A stretch of 64,000 nucleotides of DNA, from NCBI GenBank assembly GCA_964016885.1, contig OZ024742.1:251410001-251474000 (forward strand). Direction: 5' to 3'. The position numbers and the translations under genes are program-made. Of the stretch, positions 10,499 through 27,370 are shown one piece after another. Position 1 is the first letter of the stretch; each line of letters opens with the position of its first letter. The notes beneath the pieces are model-generated. The model made no database searches. It was given only the letters and a program-made list of their open reading frames with translations, and was not told the DNA's origin. This DNA is from Eledone cirrhosa. Its lineage: Eukaryota.

Positions 10499-12464
10499 GC
10501 TATAAGGGAAAAGGAGATGCCCTAGATAGGAGTAACTATAGAGGCATTAAATTAATCGACCAGGTCATGAAGGTCACGGAAAAAGTAATAGCGCAACTAA
10601 TCAGAGAGAGAATTGATCTAGATGAAATGCAGTTCGGATTTGTGTCAGGCAAAAGTACCACAGACGCTCTTTTCATTGTACGACAACTACAGGAGAAGTA
10701 CCTAACTAAAAGTAAACCCCTATACTTAGCTTTCGTCGACTTGGAGAAAGCCTTCGACAGAGTCCCCCGTTCCATTATCTGGTGGTCTCTTAGAAAACTA
10801 GGTGTTGACGAATGGCTTGTGAGAGCTATACAAGCCATGTATAAAGAAACAGTCAGTAAGGTTAGAATTAACAACGAATATAGTGAAGAGTTTAGCGTAA
10901 AAGTTGGTGTCCATCAGGGCTCTGTTCTTAGCCCCCTACTATTTATTATTGCCCTTCAGGCTATAACAGAGGAGTTCAAGACCGGCTGCCCATGGGAACT
11001 CCTATACGCAGATGATCTAACGCTCATAGCTGAATCAATGACCGAACTAGAGAAGAAATTCCAAACATGGAAGCACGGCCTAGAATCAAAAGGCCTTAAA
11101 ATTAACCTGGCTAAGACTAAAGTTCTAGTTTGTAGGAAAGAAAATAAGGCGGTAGTCCCATCTGGGAAATGGCCATGCTCAGTGTGTAGGAAAGGCGTAG
11201 GTAGAAACTCCATTTTATGTCCCAAATGCAAAGTATGGGTGCATAAAAGATGTAGTGGGATCACAGGTAAGCTAACTAAGAACATAGATTTTACATGTGG
11301 CCGGTGCTCTGGTGCAATAAGTAGCAGCAAGTGCCCACAAAATACTAGCTCCTTCAACTGCGCAGAGGGTTCTATAGAAATAGTGGACAGCTTCCGTTAC
11401 CTGGGTGACAAAATCAGCAGTGGGGGAGGGTGCTCTGAAAGTACAGTAGCTAGAGTCAGAACTGGATGGAAAAAGTTCAGAGAGCTTATACCACTATTAG
11501 CCGCTAGAGGGTTCTCCCTAAAAATGAAAGGCAGGTTATACGATGCCTGCATACGAACAGCAATGCTGCATGGCAGTGAGACCTGGGCATTGTGTGCAGA
11601 GGATATACGCAGACTAGAGAGGAATGAAGCTTGCATGCTCCGCTGGATGTGCAATAGTAATATACGTGAACGGCAAAGCATAAACGAACTAAGGAAAAAA
11701 TTAGAAATAAGAGGGATCAGATGTTGTTTACTCGAGAGAAGGCTACGTTGGTACGGTCACGTGATGCGCATGAAAGACGACAGCTGTATAACAAAGTGCA
11801 GGGCAATAAAGATAGACGGTAGCCACGGAGTAGGCAGACCCAGAAAAACATGGGACGAGCTGATAAATTCCGACCTCACACGCTTATACCTCTCCAAGAC
11901 AATGTCACTGGACCGAGACCTTTGGCGGTACTCAGTAATAGAGAAGACCCGCCTTACCTAAATACAAAGTAAAAACCTACTACAGTCAGTAGGCATCTCT
12001 ATCAAAACACCCCCCCGTCCCACCACCTCCACCCCATCCACACCGCCCCTTTCAATGTAAAGTTATGTTGGTCCCACAACATCCAGGCCGAAACAAATGA
12101 GATCGTGTAGGTGTCACGACAAAAAAACACACAGTCCACGCTGTAAATGTGGCCGTGTAGGCAACACGGTAAAAACCTCCCAGCCTCACACTGTAAATGT
12201 GGTTGGTGTTAGGAAGGGCATTCAGCTGTAGAAAACCCGCCAGACAGTCCACGCTGTAATGTGGCCATGTAGGCAACACGGTAAAAACCTCCCAGCCCCA
12301 CACTGTAAATGTGGTTGGTGTTAGGAAGGGCATCCAACTGTAGAAAACCCGCCAGACAGTCCTATGCGAGCAATACAACCACTCTTGCCTCAAGTGGGAA
12401 AACCCCCGTCCAAACCCATGCAAGCGTGGAACATGGACGCTAAACCTGATGATGATGATGATGA

Positions 12465-12467
<3 letters not shown>
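10498..12467 (+). mobile_element. Young 5'-truncated RTE LINE with an uninterrupted RT frame (10498-11961)
   Basis: NYRGIKL, QFGF, FVDLEKAFDRV, GVHQGSVLSPLLF, YADD, FRYLG, RLRWYGHV, GRPRKTW; repetitive 3' UTR; (GAT)n tail. Confidence 0.97.
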
Positions 12468-12501
<34 letters not shown>

Positions 12502-12703
12502 TCCCAAAAATGGGTGACTGAAATTTTTTTTCTCACCCTTTAACGTTCTATTTTATCTTTTATTTCTCATTCTATCTGATGGTGAAGGACTAGAGTCCAA
12601 AACAAGAAGACTCTTTTGTTGTTATTTCAAGTGCTTAACAATTATATCTCTTCATTGTAGTGTGTCGTTGCTTTGGTATTTTTGCTTACTTTTTACACAC
12701 ACA

Positions 12704-13270
12704 CAGGCTTTTGACAGGGTTGATGGTAACATCCTGTTGAAGAAACTATTCAACATTGGAGTTTGTAGAAAGCTACTGCTGTGGATTAAGTGTTTCCTGA
12801 GAAATAGATTACAGCATGTTGTGGTCGAAGGAATACGACCAAGTTCAGCCAAAGTAAATAGTGCAGTCCCACAAGGTATTATGTTGGGCTCACTTCTTTT
12901 CATTATTTTTGGTAGTATCAGTAGAAGGTCGGACGTCATGCTTTGCAGCATAGAGTTACGCCCCTTTATGGTGTGAGTTCAAATCCCGCCGAGGTTAACT
13001 TTGCCTTTCATCCTTATGGGGTCGATAAAATAAAGTACCAGTTATGTACTGGGGTAATTGCTGGCCTTGTGCCAATAGTAGAAACAATTATTTGCATAAA
13101 TGACATTATAGACGTCATCAAGCACGGCAAGATAAGAATTTTCAAAGATGATTCCAAACTCGAGAAGCTCATCAATGGAATGGGAGACTGGACATGCCTT
13201 CAATCGGATATGCTCACTGTTATCCAATGGGTGACAAAAAACAATATGCTTCTAAATGAGGAAAAAATTA
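12704..13270 (+). mobile_element. CR1/L2-group RT fragment interrupted by a family A SINE (12911-13086)
   Basis: AFDRVDGNILLKKL...LLWIKCFLRNRLQHV...VPQGIMLGSLLFIIF, SINE, then INDI...IFKDDSKL; attattt duplicated around the SINE. Confidence 0.8.
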
Positions 13271-13479
13271 AAAGTCTATTACATAGAAATATAGTAAGAA
13301 ATAGTATGATAATTGTGTAGGTGTATGTATTCATTGATCGACAGACTGACAATCACATAATCACACACCTACATACAGATCAATAGATCAATAGAAACTG
13401 ATCATACAACAGAACAAATGGACAATAAAAACAAATGCAAAAGCTGTTATCTGCTCAGAAAACATCAATTTTTCTATGC

Positions 13480-13950
13480 TAGCATAGGTTAGATGAGTTG
13501 TCCTGTTGTAAACAATGCTCATACAGAACTGATTTTGGCTTGGTTTCTACAGTTGGGTGCCCTTCCTAATGCCAACCACATTTACAGTGAGTACTGGGTG
13601 CTTTTTGTAATGACCCCTACATGACCACGTTACAGTGTGGACTGGGGGCTTTTTGTCTTGACACCTACACGACCACTTTACACAAAGTGAGGATTAACAA
13701 CAACTATAGCGAGGAATTTAGCATGCAGGTTGGTGTCAACCAGGGCTCTGTTCTTTGCCCTCTCCTGTTTATTATTGTACTGCAAGCTATAACAGAGGAG
13801 TTTAAGACTGGCTTCCCATGGGAATTCCTGTACGCAGATGATCTTACACTCATAGCAGAGTCTATGGTAGAGCTAGAGAAGAAATTCCAAACATGGAAGC
13901 AGGGCTTAGAAACAAGGAGTCTTAAAGTCAACCTGACAAAGACTAAGGTG
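13480..13950. mobile_element. RTE pieces in opposite orientation (3' UTR on -, RT core on +)
   Basis: 13480-13683 is UTR complement; 13685-13950 reads VGVNQGSVLCPLLF...YADD. Confidence 0.8.
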
Positions 13951-14236
13951 AAGTGTATGATAAAGTTATATCTGATAAAAGGATAAAATAATTTTTTTCA
14001 ATTTACAGGGAAATTCGTATTTTCTGGCATGGTTTCATGCCTACATATTAGATATATGTATGTACACGTTAGTGCAATCTCGGTTACACACTCTGTATTT
14101 ATACAGGTATAACTTTATACAAATATTTATATATATATACACAAACACCCTGCAAAAATTACTACACCCTTGAAACGGCTTGCTGAATAAACAAGCTAAA
14201 ACCGCTTGGGACTACAGTCAGGATTTTACTTCTCTT

Positions 14237-14378
<142 letters not shown>

Positions 14379-14461
14379 AAGTTGGAAATAGCACGGAAAA
14401 TATATTTAAGGGTCTGTTTTTTTTTGTTTTTTTTTTTTGATTCGTCAAAGTGACATTATTG

Positions 14462-14803
14462 TCATCATCATCATCATTTCATTTTACGTCCGCTTTTCCC
14501 TGCTTGCAAGGGTGGGACGGGAACTGATTCTGGCATGATTTCTACAGCTGGATGCCCTTCCTAACACCAACCTCATTTACAGTGAGTGCTGGGTGCTTTT
14601 TTGCCGTGGCACCTCCACGACCACTTTGCAGTGGAATGATAGAGACCCCAGTCCCTATCATCTCATTTCTACAGCTGAGTAAACTGGAGCAATGTGAAAT
14701 AAAGTCTCTTGCTCAAGGAAACAACACATCACCCGGTCTGAGAATTGAACTCACAACCTTTCGATTGCAAGGCCAATGCTCTAACCACTAAGCCATATGC
14801 CTC
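14462..14803 (-). mobile_element. Family B SINE, short-tail variant
   Basis: Same head and core as 5340-5768; nearly co-linear with 44515-44858; (CAT)n at the left end. Confidence 0.85.
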
Positions 14804-15122
14804 CATTGTAAAGATAATATTATTGAAAAAATGAGAGGGACAATTCTTTTTAAAAAAAAGTTTTATAATGTATATAACGTATATAAAATATTACCGGTTT
14901 CGATGTATTAGTAAGATTCATTTGTCAAATGTTGAGTATTGAAATAAAAATTAAAAAGAATTAATAGGAGTTAAAAACTAAAAATTAAGGATTTAAAATT
15001 AAAATCAAATGTTGGAGTAAGTTTTCTTCCATCCTTCTTGCTCAAAATTTGGTGGTAAGTGAAGATAGCAGTAGCTGTGTATCTTCACAGAACAACGTTG
15101 CTTTTTTTCTTTATATGCGTTA

Positions 15123-15751
15123 TCTATATATCTAAAACAGAGAATGTATATCTGTCTGCCTGTCTCCCTAAAACTCGAGAACCACCCAACCAATTGTTTT
15201 CAAACTTTACACATGTAATACTTATCGTCCTGTGAGTGTTCTGAGCAAAGAAAATTTCAAATTTCCAATGCCCTAGGGATCACATTAGGCGATTTAGCGA
15301 TCTCTCTCTATAATTCTTAGTCTTTCTTTTTAGATAGATACATAGATATAACGTTTCGCCCTTATAATATCTGTCTGTATGTCAGACTGTCTGCATTACG
15401 ACATTATGAGGCTATATGTGTGTATATGTGGATATATAATGTGTGTATATATATATATATATAGTGTGTAACGTTTTTCGAATTATTTACTTCTGCATTC
15501 ACAGATTGATTTTTTTAGTTTCAGAAGATCCCGTTAAGGGTGAAAGCAGCGATTCTTTGCTTAAACTTTAATCTGTTATTAAGATGGACGTTAAACGATG
15601 ATGATGATGATACGTGTACAGATATTTTTGCATACACAATAACAAAATATAAACAAACGTATTTATTTCACGAGGCTCGATAAGGATAAATATATATCAA
15701 ATATATAAGAACCCTAGAGCAAATCCCGAGCAACGACGGCTATTCTGCTAG
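15123..15751 (+). mobile_element. Non-autonomous Helitron
   Basis: a|TCtatatatctaaaa start, ctgtctg microsatellite-like tract, 3' GC-rich hairpin remnant cccgagcaacgacgg, CTAG|t end; no TSD. Confidence 0.7.
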
Positions 15752-15891
15752 TATACATTATAAAACCTTTTTTCAATAATGTCACTTTGACGAATCATAA
15801 AAGAAAAACAGACCCTTAAATATATTTTCCGTGCTATTTCAAACTTCACCTTTTCTCTATGTCCACTGTTTTGTATAGAACCTTACTTCCC

Positions 15892-15930
<39 letters not shown>

Positions 15931-16061
15931 TTCCTACAAATATATATATATATATACTGTTATTATGAGATAGATATGCCCCACAGTCAAGCTTTAATGT
16001 AAATGGTTTAAACTTGACAGTAGGGCATATTAACTTTTATCTAACAATATTTCTAAACAAT

Positions 16062-16245
16062 GGCGGTGGATTGGCAGTATCGGTAGAGGGTCGGACGCCA
16101 TGCTTTCCAGCATACTTACGTCCCTTTACGAACTGAGTTCAAATCCCGCCAAGGTTGACTTTGCCTTTCATCCTTACGGGGTCGATAAAATAAAGTACCA
16201 GTAATGAACTGGGTTATTGCTGGCCTTGTGCCTAAAGTAGAAACA
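16062..16245 (+). mobile_element. Full-length family A SINE with target-site duplication
   Basis: ggcggtggattggcagtatcggtag (A box), gagttcaaatcc (B box), central tttgcctttcatccttacggggtcgataaaataaagtacc; TSD aatatttctaaacaatg. Confidence 0.92.
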
Positions 16246-16421
16246 AATATTTCTAAACAATGAAACTATAGATTTCTGTTATTTTGTTTCATTTGAACAT
16301 TTACTTGGCCCAGTCAGTCTGTATGTCAGCCTGTCTGCCCACTTGTCAGTGTGTCAGACTGTTTGTATATCAACCTGTCTGTCTGTCAGAGTGTCTGTCT
16401 TAATTTCAATATAGTCTAGAG

Positions 16422-17110
16422 CACAGGTTCTCAACCCATTTAGGCCAAACGCCCCCTTTTGTCCCTCGAAATCACGAAACTCCCCCCCCCCCTATTTTTC
16501 CATTTTTCAATATACTACTGATTTTTATATCAGTAGATTACTAAAAGATTGATTAACAATATTCCAAAGATGTGTGTATTATCTGATTATGTGTTGTATG
16601 TGGTCCTAGATGTGTGGGCTACTCGCTTCTGTTTTTTCTTTTCTTTTTTTTTATTTGTAATATTATTTCTACAAAAGGGAATAAAATAGATCTACATAGT
16701 GTTAACTCGTTACGGTTGAGTCAATAATTTCAGACATGAAATACATTGTTATCGGTGAAGGAAAAATAAGATTCTAACTGGCTGCGCTCAAAGTGTCTTT
16801 GACCAAGTTGACTGTGGGTTTTTCCATTTTTAGGATCTCAATTACCAGACATGCCTGCACACCTGCTCACAGCTGCGGTCAGACTATAGTTATGCTGTCT
16901 GCAAGCTCATTCAAATGCATTCACACTGGCTGTCTCAAAGACATACAAATATGGCTTATAAAACTTACCAAAATAAAGAGCCTTCCAGCGCCCCCTAACC
17001 TCCCTCCCCCAGCTCCAAACGTCCCCCCTAACGCGACCTTGCTCCCAAAGGCCCCCCTGGAGTTCCAAAACGCCCCCCGGGGTGCATATGCCCCCCGTTG
17101 AGAACCTTTG
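16422..17110. mobile_element. hAT (Charlie/Buster-type) MITE, followed by a truncated tandem copy at 17119-17229
   Basis: TIRs cacaggttctcaac / gttgagaacctttg; 8-bp TSD gtctagag at 16414 and 17111 (NTCTAGAN preference); internal fragment recurs at about 22606-22760. Confidence 0.88.
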
Positions 17111-17854
17111 GTCTAGAGCAAAGGTTCTCAACCCATTTTGGCTAAACAAAATCACGAAACGCCCCCCCCCCCTACCCTATTTTTCATTTTTTTCAATATA
17201 CTACTGAATTTAATATCAGTAGATTACTGGACCAAATCAAGTTATGTAAGAATCTTTAAAAATACTCGTGCGAATTAAATACAAAAAAGTTTCGGTCCGA
17301 AACAAAAGCAAGCTATTTCAAATTATATATTTTAAAAAAAAAGATGTGAATGTTCTCAAAGATTTGATCTCAGTCGAAAAAGCTTTTTTTTTTAAATTCT
17401 ATATTTCACTGTTAGCTGTTGTAATATTTTGAGTGGATAGACAATTCTACAATTCAAACTGTGAAGTCAAAATACAAAACATGCAAAATATGAATAAATT
17501 CTTACCTTTCTCTTGAATCACAAACTCAAGCGAAAAATAGTACTTTGCAGAATAAAGTACCTCAATCACCAACTTAGTTGCAACGAATGAATTGAGATGC
17601 TTGGTGACAGTGAACAAACAATATCTGTATCCCTTATATACATAGATAGATACACACACACATACATACACGCGCGCACATGCACTAACACACACACACA
17701 CATACACACACACACACACACAAACAAACTTGTGTGTGTCTGTGTGTGCCTTGTTTTTGGTACAGAAAGAATTTTGTCTCCATTTTTTATTGCCGGGTCA
17801 AAGGCCACAGCTCTTTTCAACAACGTCAAATAACAATGCTATATATATATATAT

Positions 17855-21096
<3,242 letters not shown>

Positions 21097-21253
21097 GGGA
21101 GAGACAGAGAGAGTAAGAAATGTGTGTGTTTGGTACACGTCTATCTATCTATCTATCTCCAACAGGGGGCTCAAACATGCGGCCCGCGAACTACTTTTCT
21201 ATGGCCCGTGGTAGAACCAATATTTCAGATTCCATTATAACTGGTGAATATAA

Positions 21254-21465
21254 GGCGGTGAGCTGGGGGAATCATTAACAGATCTGGCAAAATGTTTAGT
21301 GCTACTTCTTCCGTTTTTACGTTCCGAGTTCAAATTCCGCCGATCTCAACTTTCCCTTTCATCCTTTTGGGATCGATAAATTAAGTACCAGTTGTGAACT
21401 GAGATCGATGTAATCAATGGGACCCTAAACCCTAAATTTCATGCCTTGTGCCTATAGTAGAAATG
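21254..21465 (+). mobile_element. Family A SINE (older variant) with TSD
   Basis: ggcggtgagctgg...gagttcaaattccgccga...; TSD attataactggtgaa. Confidence 0.85.
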
Positions 21466-21571
21466 ATTATAACTGGTGAAAATCATCATCCACCACCACG
21501 TTTGGCCCACTGTGCCTCTCCTCCAGGACATAATGGCCCTTTTATGTCCTTCAGTTTGAGACCCCTCTTCT

Positions 21572-21604
<33 letters not shown>

Positions 21605-21654
21605 CATTTACTTTTTTTCTGTCTCTGGACTACGCCCATGATGGAGCATCACCT

Positions 21655-21860
21655 TGGTAAGTTATGGGGACGTCAACAAACCAACAAGCATTGGTGGGAG
21701 TGGAAACACAAACGCAAAGACACACACAGACATATATATATACAGTGCGCTTCTTTTAGTTTTGGTCTATCAAATCCACTCACAGGGCTTTGGTCAGCAC
21801 GGGCAGTGGGACTGAACCCGGAAACATGTGGTTGGGAAGCAAGCTTCTTGTCCCACTGCG
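21655..21860 (-). mobile_element. Third tRNA-head SINE type, decayed
   Basis: Minus strand: aagcttgcttcccaaccacatgtttccgggttcagtccc (B-box region), then gaccaaagccctgtgagtggatttg. Confidence 0.6.
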
Positions 21861-21861
21861 C

Positions 21862-21898
<37 letters not shown>

Positions 21899-22789
21899 CA
21901 ATTAATAATGAAAATAAAAAGAAGAAAGTCGAGATACTTTATAACTTTGTTTTTATTTTGTTGTTTTTTATTTTTATTGTTAATTTAATACCTAATATCT
22001 GACTCTGTATCTAAAGAATTAATTCAGCGAAACACAGAACTTCTCTATTACAAGATTACATTGAGTTCTATCCAGAGGTAGACCAGACTGAAATAAGAAA
22101 ATATATATATATATGTGTGTGTCTGTGTGTGTGTGTGAGTGTGTATAATATATATATATATAAATCTACATACATACATACATATATACATACATACATT
22201 TACTTATGTATATAGCTATGCATTTATACATTTGTATATATACATGCATTTATATTTAAGTGTGTAAGGATGTTGACAAGATTTATGTTTTTTGGGGGGA
22301 GGAGAAAATTTGGTCTCCAGATTTTATTACCTAGGGAGATTAAATACCTCAGCTCTGGCTGAAAGCTGACCAGGTTCTCAACCTCATCAAACACCAACGC
22401 CGACCTGTGTGTATATATATGTATGTATGTATGTACGTATGCGCCATTCATCACCATTGCTTCTTTTTCTTGTCGTTTCTGTTGTTCTTGAAACTCTTGT
22501 CAAAGTTGAAGGTGTCCTTATTTTTATTTTCTTTGATTTCTTTCGTTTTTCTTTTATCTCCCTAGGGAATTCGTTGACAAGCGTATTTATTTTTTTCGTT
22601 TTCTTCATTCAAATGCATTCACACTGGCTGTCTCAGAGATATACAAATATGTCTTATAAAACTTACTTAAGGAAATAGGTTTCCAGTGACCCCTAGTGCC
22701 CCCCCCCCCATTCAAACGCCGCCGTGGAGCTCTGAAACGCCCCCCCCCCCGGCGGGCATATGCATATATATGTGTGTGTATTTATATGT

Positions 22790-25700
22790 ATATCATCATC
22801 ATATTCGTTTAGCATGGGTTAGACTGGAGTTGTCCCACTTGAAGCAAGGTTGGTCGGGTGACTGTGTCTCGCTCATATAGGACTATCTGGTAGGTTTTCT
22901 ACGGCTGGATGCCCTTCCTAACACCAACCACATTTACAGTGTGGAACTGGGAACTTTTTACCTACAAGGCCACATTACAGCGTGGACTGTGTGTTTTTTT
23001 TTTGTCGTGACACCTACACGATCTCGACCTCATTATCTCATTTATTTGGACTGGATGTTGTGGTACCAACTTTACAGAGAGAGGGTGGTGTTGGTGGGAG
23101 TGGGAGGATAGGGTAGTTGTAGTGGATTGAGGTGCCTACTGACTGTAGGTTTTGCTTTGTACATAGGCAAGGCGGGGCTTCTGTATTACTGCGTAGCGCC
23201 AAAGATCTCGGTCCAGTGACATTGTCTTAGAGAGGTGCAAGTGTGTAAGGTCGGAATTTATCAGATCGTCCCAGGTTTTTCTGGGTCTACCTACTCTGTA
23301 ACTACCATCTATTTTGATCGCCCTGCACTTTTTTATACAGCTGTCGTCTTTCATGCGCATCACGTGGCCATACCAACGTAGTCTTCTCTCAAGTAAACAC
23401 CATCTGATCCCTCTTATTCCTAATTTCTCACTTAGTTCATTTATGCATTGCCGTTCACGTATATTACTATTACACATCCAACGGAGCATGCATGCTTCAT
23501 TCCTTTCCAGTCTGCGCAGGTCCTCTGCACGTAATGCCCATGTCTCACTGCCATGTAGCATTGCTGATCATATACAAGCATCATACAATCTGCCTTTCAT
23601 TTTTAGAGAGAAACCTTTTGTGGCCAACAGCGGTATAAGCTCTCTGAATTTTTTCCATCCCGTTCTGACTCTGGCTACTGTACTTTCAGAACACCCTCTA
23701 CCACTGCTGATTTCGTCACCCAGGTAACGGAAAGTGTCCACTATTTCTATAGAAGCATCTGGGCAATAGAAGGAGCTAGTATCCTGTCGACACTTGCTAC
23801 TTATTGCACCTGAGCATCCGCCACATATAAAGTCTACGTTCTTAGATAGTTTACCTGTGATCCCACTACATCTTTTATGTACCCATACTTTGCATTTGGG
23901 ACATAAAATGGAATTTCTGCCTACTCCTTTCCTACACACTGAGCATGGCCATTTCCCTGAGGGCACCTGTGCCTTATTTTCCTTTCTACAAACTAGAACT
24001 TTAGTCTTAGACAAGTTAACTTTAAGGCCTTTTGATTTTAGGCCCTCTTCCATGTTTGGAATTTCTTCTCTAGTTCAGCCATTGATTCAGCTATGAGCGT
24101 TAGATCATCTGTGTATAGGAGTTCCCATGGGCAGCCGGTCTTGAACTCCTCTGTTATAGCCTGAAGGGCAATAATAAATAGGAGGGGGCTAAGGACACAG
24201 CCTTGATGAACACCAACTTTTACACTAAATTCTTCACAATATTCATTGTTAATTCTAACCTTACTGACTGTTTCTTTATACATAGCTTGTATAGCTCTCA
24301 CAAGCCATTCATCTACACCTAGTTTTCTAAGAGCTCACCAGATAATGGAGCGGGGGACTCTGTCAAAGGCTTTCTCCAGGTCCTCAAAAGCTAAGTAGAG
24401 GGGTTTACTTTTAGCTAGGTACTTCTCCTGTAGTTGCCGTACAAGGAAAAGAGCGTCTGTGGTACTTTTACCTGACACAAACCCAAACTGCATTTCATCT
24501 AGATCAATTCACTCTCTGATTAGTTGCACTATAATCTTTCTGTGACCTTCATGACCTGGTCAACTAACTTAATGCTTTTATAGTTTCCCTTATCTAGAGC
24601 ATCCCCTTTACCCTTGTAGCAGTTAATGATGACGCCAGTCTTTTGGTATGACCCCATTCTGTATTACTTGGTTAACTATACGGGTGACCATAGTATGTCC
24701 CACCGTTCCAGATGCCTTCAACATCTCAGCAACTATCTCCGAAGGCCCAGCTGCCTTGCCTGTCTTCATATCTTAAATTGCCTTACTATTATACTACCTT
24801 TAACTTGCACCACTGGTCCTTCTATTGGATCGATTTGGGGCAGACTATCTTTTTCCCATTTATTCTTCTCATTTAATAGTCTCTCGTAATGACACTTCCA
24901 AGTTATCTTCTTGTCAGTATCAGTGAGGGTAAGTACACTGTTATCATTACGGACACACTTCTCCCCGACAATATCACGGTTTACCTTGACACATTGTTTA
25001 GCAATCCTGAACACCTCACGTTTTTGGTCCTCCTGTTGTAGAACATGCTTGAACTTTTTATCCTCTGCTTCCCTTTTTGCAAGGTACACTTGTCTCCTAG
25101 CTTCTCTCCTGGCCACTTGATAGTGCTCTCTACTTCCCCCATCCTGCCATACCTTCCAAGCCTGCTTTCTGGCCTTGATTGTCTCCACCACCAAGTTACT
25201 CTCCTCCTGCCAATAGGTCTGCTCCAGCCACAGATTTCATCCGTTGCTTTCAGCAGGTTCACTTTCAAGAATTGCCACTGTTCCTCTATATTGCACGTCT
25301 CTAATTGCTCTTCCTTATTGTCAAAGACATCAAGTAATAAGCTTTGAAATTTGTCACTGGCTATGGGGTCCTTCAACTTCCATATTCTTCTCCTCAAGGT
25401 AGTCCTCCTCTGTTGTCGAATACGTCTATTCCTGACTATGAGGTCACTAACTACTAGGCTATGTTGGGAGGTGCGTTCTTCACGGGGGAGGGATTTAGTG
25501 TTTACAACAGACACTTTGTCGCGTCTTCTAGTAAGGATATAATCTATCTGGCTGGCGTGTTCCCCTGATCTATAAGTGATCAAGTGGTTGTCTCGTTTTT
25601 TTGAAGTTTGTGTTACAGATAGTTAGGTTATTAGCGTCACAGAATTCCAGGATTCTGAAGCCCTCCTCATTTCTATTTCCAACCCCATAGCCTCCACGGA

Positions 25701-26250
25701 GTCCATCATAGCCATCACTATGTTGTCCAACATGACCGTTTAGATCGCCAGCAATAATTAAGTAGTCGCTGTCGGTTATTTGGGAGGTAGTGTGCATTAG
25801 CATCTCATAGAACCTGTCCTTTATAACGGCAGGTAGACCAGATTGGGGTGCATAAGCGGATATTATTGTCACAGTAGTTCTATTTAAAACTAGTCTTATT
25901 TTAATTATTCTGTCATTCATTCTATTTATGTCAATTCAGCTAACATAATTCCTACACCACCCAGTCTGTTGTCATTTCCCACCCAGAAAAGTTTATAGCA
26001 TCGTTTTTTACCCACGATGAATCTGGCAGACCCACCTATCCACCTAGTCTCTTGAATACAACAAACATCAACTTCTTTACGTTCAAGCATCTCTACAACC
26101 TCATTTGAGTGACCTTTCAATGTGCCTACGTTCATGGTACCAACTCTGAAGTTGGGAGGGTGGGATGGATGGGTTGGGGTGTGTGGGAGACGGAATTATG
26201 TTGGTCATCCGTGTCTGAAATAAAGAGGGTTCCTGTCTGAAGCAACCATC
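22790..26250 (-). mobile_element. Near full-length RTE LINE of the main family, with several frameshifts and stops
   Basis: APE motifs NVGTL, CCIQETRW, SAYAPQ, GDLNGHVG, SQIDYIL; RT with YTDD; PHD-type finger; same 3' UTR. Confidence 0.95.
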
Positions 26251-26835
26251 TCCAATTCATCCAGCTGGATCCCCAAGTGAGACCAACTGAGCTCATGTAT
26301 ATTATCCAACTATATTGCTCAAGGTCTATCCCTGGGTCTCCGGCCAGTTAGTTTTGCTCATTAAATCTGTACAGTGATTCTTTCCTGAGACATTCTAACC
26401 ACATGTCCATAGTATCGGAGCTGTGATCTCTCAATTAGGAGAATTAGCAGCTACACTTGGAGCAACTCTTTGATCTTTGAGCTATGCACTCTATTGAGTA
26501 ACATTATTCCAAAGACCCTTCAGAAAAAAACCCATTTCAGCCATTTCTATTCACGATAGTATTCTTTTAGTCATTGCTCAAGATTCAAGTGTTGGTGCGA
26601 ATACCGAATTGAAGAGTTTGGCTTGTATACCTACCTCCCTTTTGATGACTGAATGCTGAATTTGGTGCATTACTGCACCAGTTCTTGCAGTTCTCGTACT
26701 TAATTCAGCCTCCTGCCTTCCATGACACAGCCCCAAGATACTTGAACTTCTTCACCTGCTTCAGTGCAACTCCACTCACATGTAAAGTGCACTGACCAAG
26801 TTTCCTTGAGAGGATAAGTGTCTCCGTCTTCACTT
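26250..26835 (-). mobile_element. Old LINE fragment of another RTE-like family (related to 55825-56752)
   Basis: Minus strand LKQVKKFKYLG remnant; co-linear similarity with 55825-56480. Confidence 0.65.
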
Positions 26836-27104
26836 CAAAGAAATTTCAATGACTGATATTCTTAATCATAACATTAGAATTTCTAACTGATGTGCAGAAG
26901 TTTCTATTTAATAGCACTCAATAACCATCAACTTATCTAGCAGTAATCAGTAGCAATTCTGTCTCCAGCAATTGAAACTACCATGTGATCTGAATCAGCC
27001 AACGAAGAAGAGCTTTACTAACATTCCATGAGAAGCCTTTTAACTCAGGACTTCACATTTGGGTGATAAAGACAGTATTTCATTCAGTTTTTAGTCAGGG
27101 TCTG

Positions 27105-27370
27105 TTTACAGTGGTTAGGGTGTTGGACATGATCATAATGTGTATTCAATTCCAGGACCAGGTTGCACATTGTGGTCTTGAGCAAAACACTTCATTTGAT
27201 GATACTCCAGTATACTCAGCTGAAAATGAGTACCAGAACTAGCTGGAAGTTAACCCTGTGATGGACTAGCATCTTGTCCCGGTTGGGCTCATTTACTCTC
27301 AGTTGCTTAATGCCAAGGAAACTGAGATAAGCACTGGCTTACTGAGCCTAGTTTGGGGATAGATTTCAAC
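27105..27370 (+). mobile_element. Decayed CORE-like SINE (family B head)
   Basis: agtggttagggtgttggac...ttcaattcc...cttgagcaaaacacttcattt...tactcagctgaaaatgag. Confidence 0.65.

Noticed and set aside
10536-11681. Antisense ORFs overlapping RTE RT (also at 46196, 46865, 48815)
   Set aside because: Shadow frames of the LINE coding strand with no independent motif
16062-16150. tRNA genes at SINE heads
   Set aside because: A and B boxes are present, but there is no intact cloverleaf, and the heads continue into SINE bodies with TSDs
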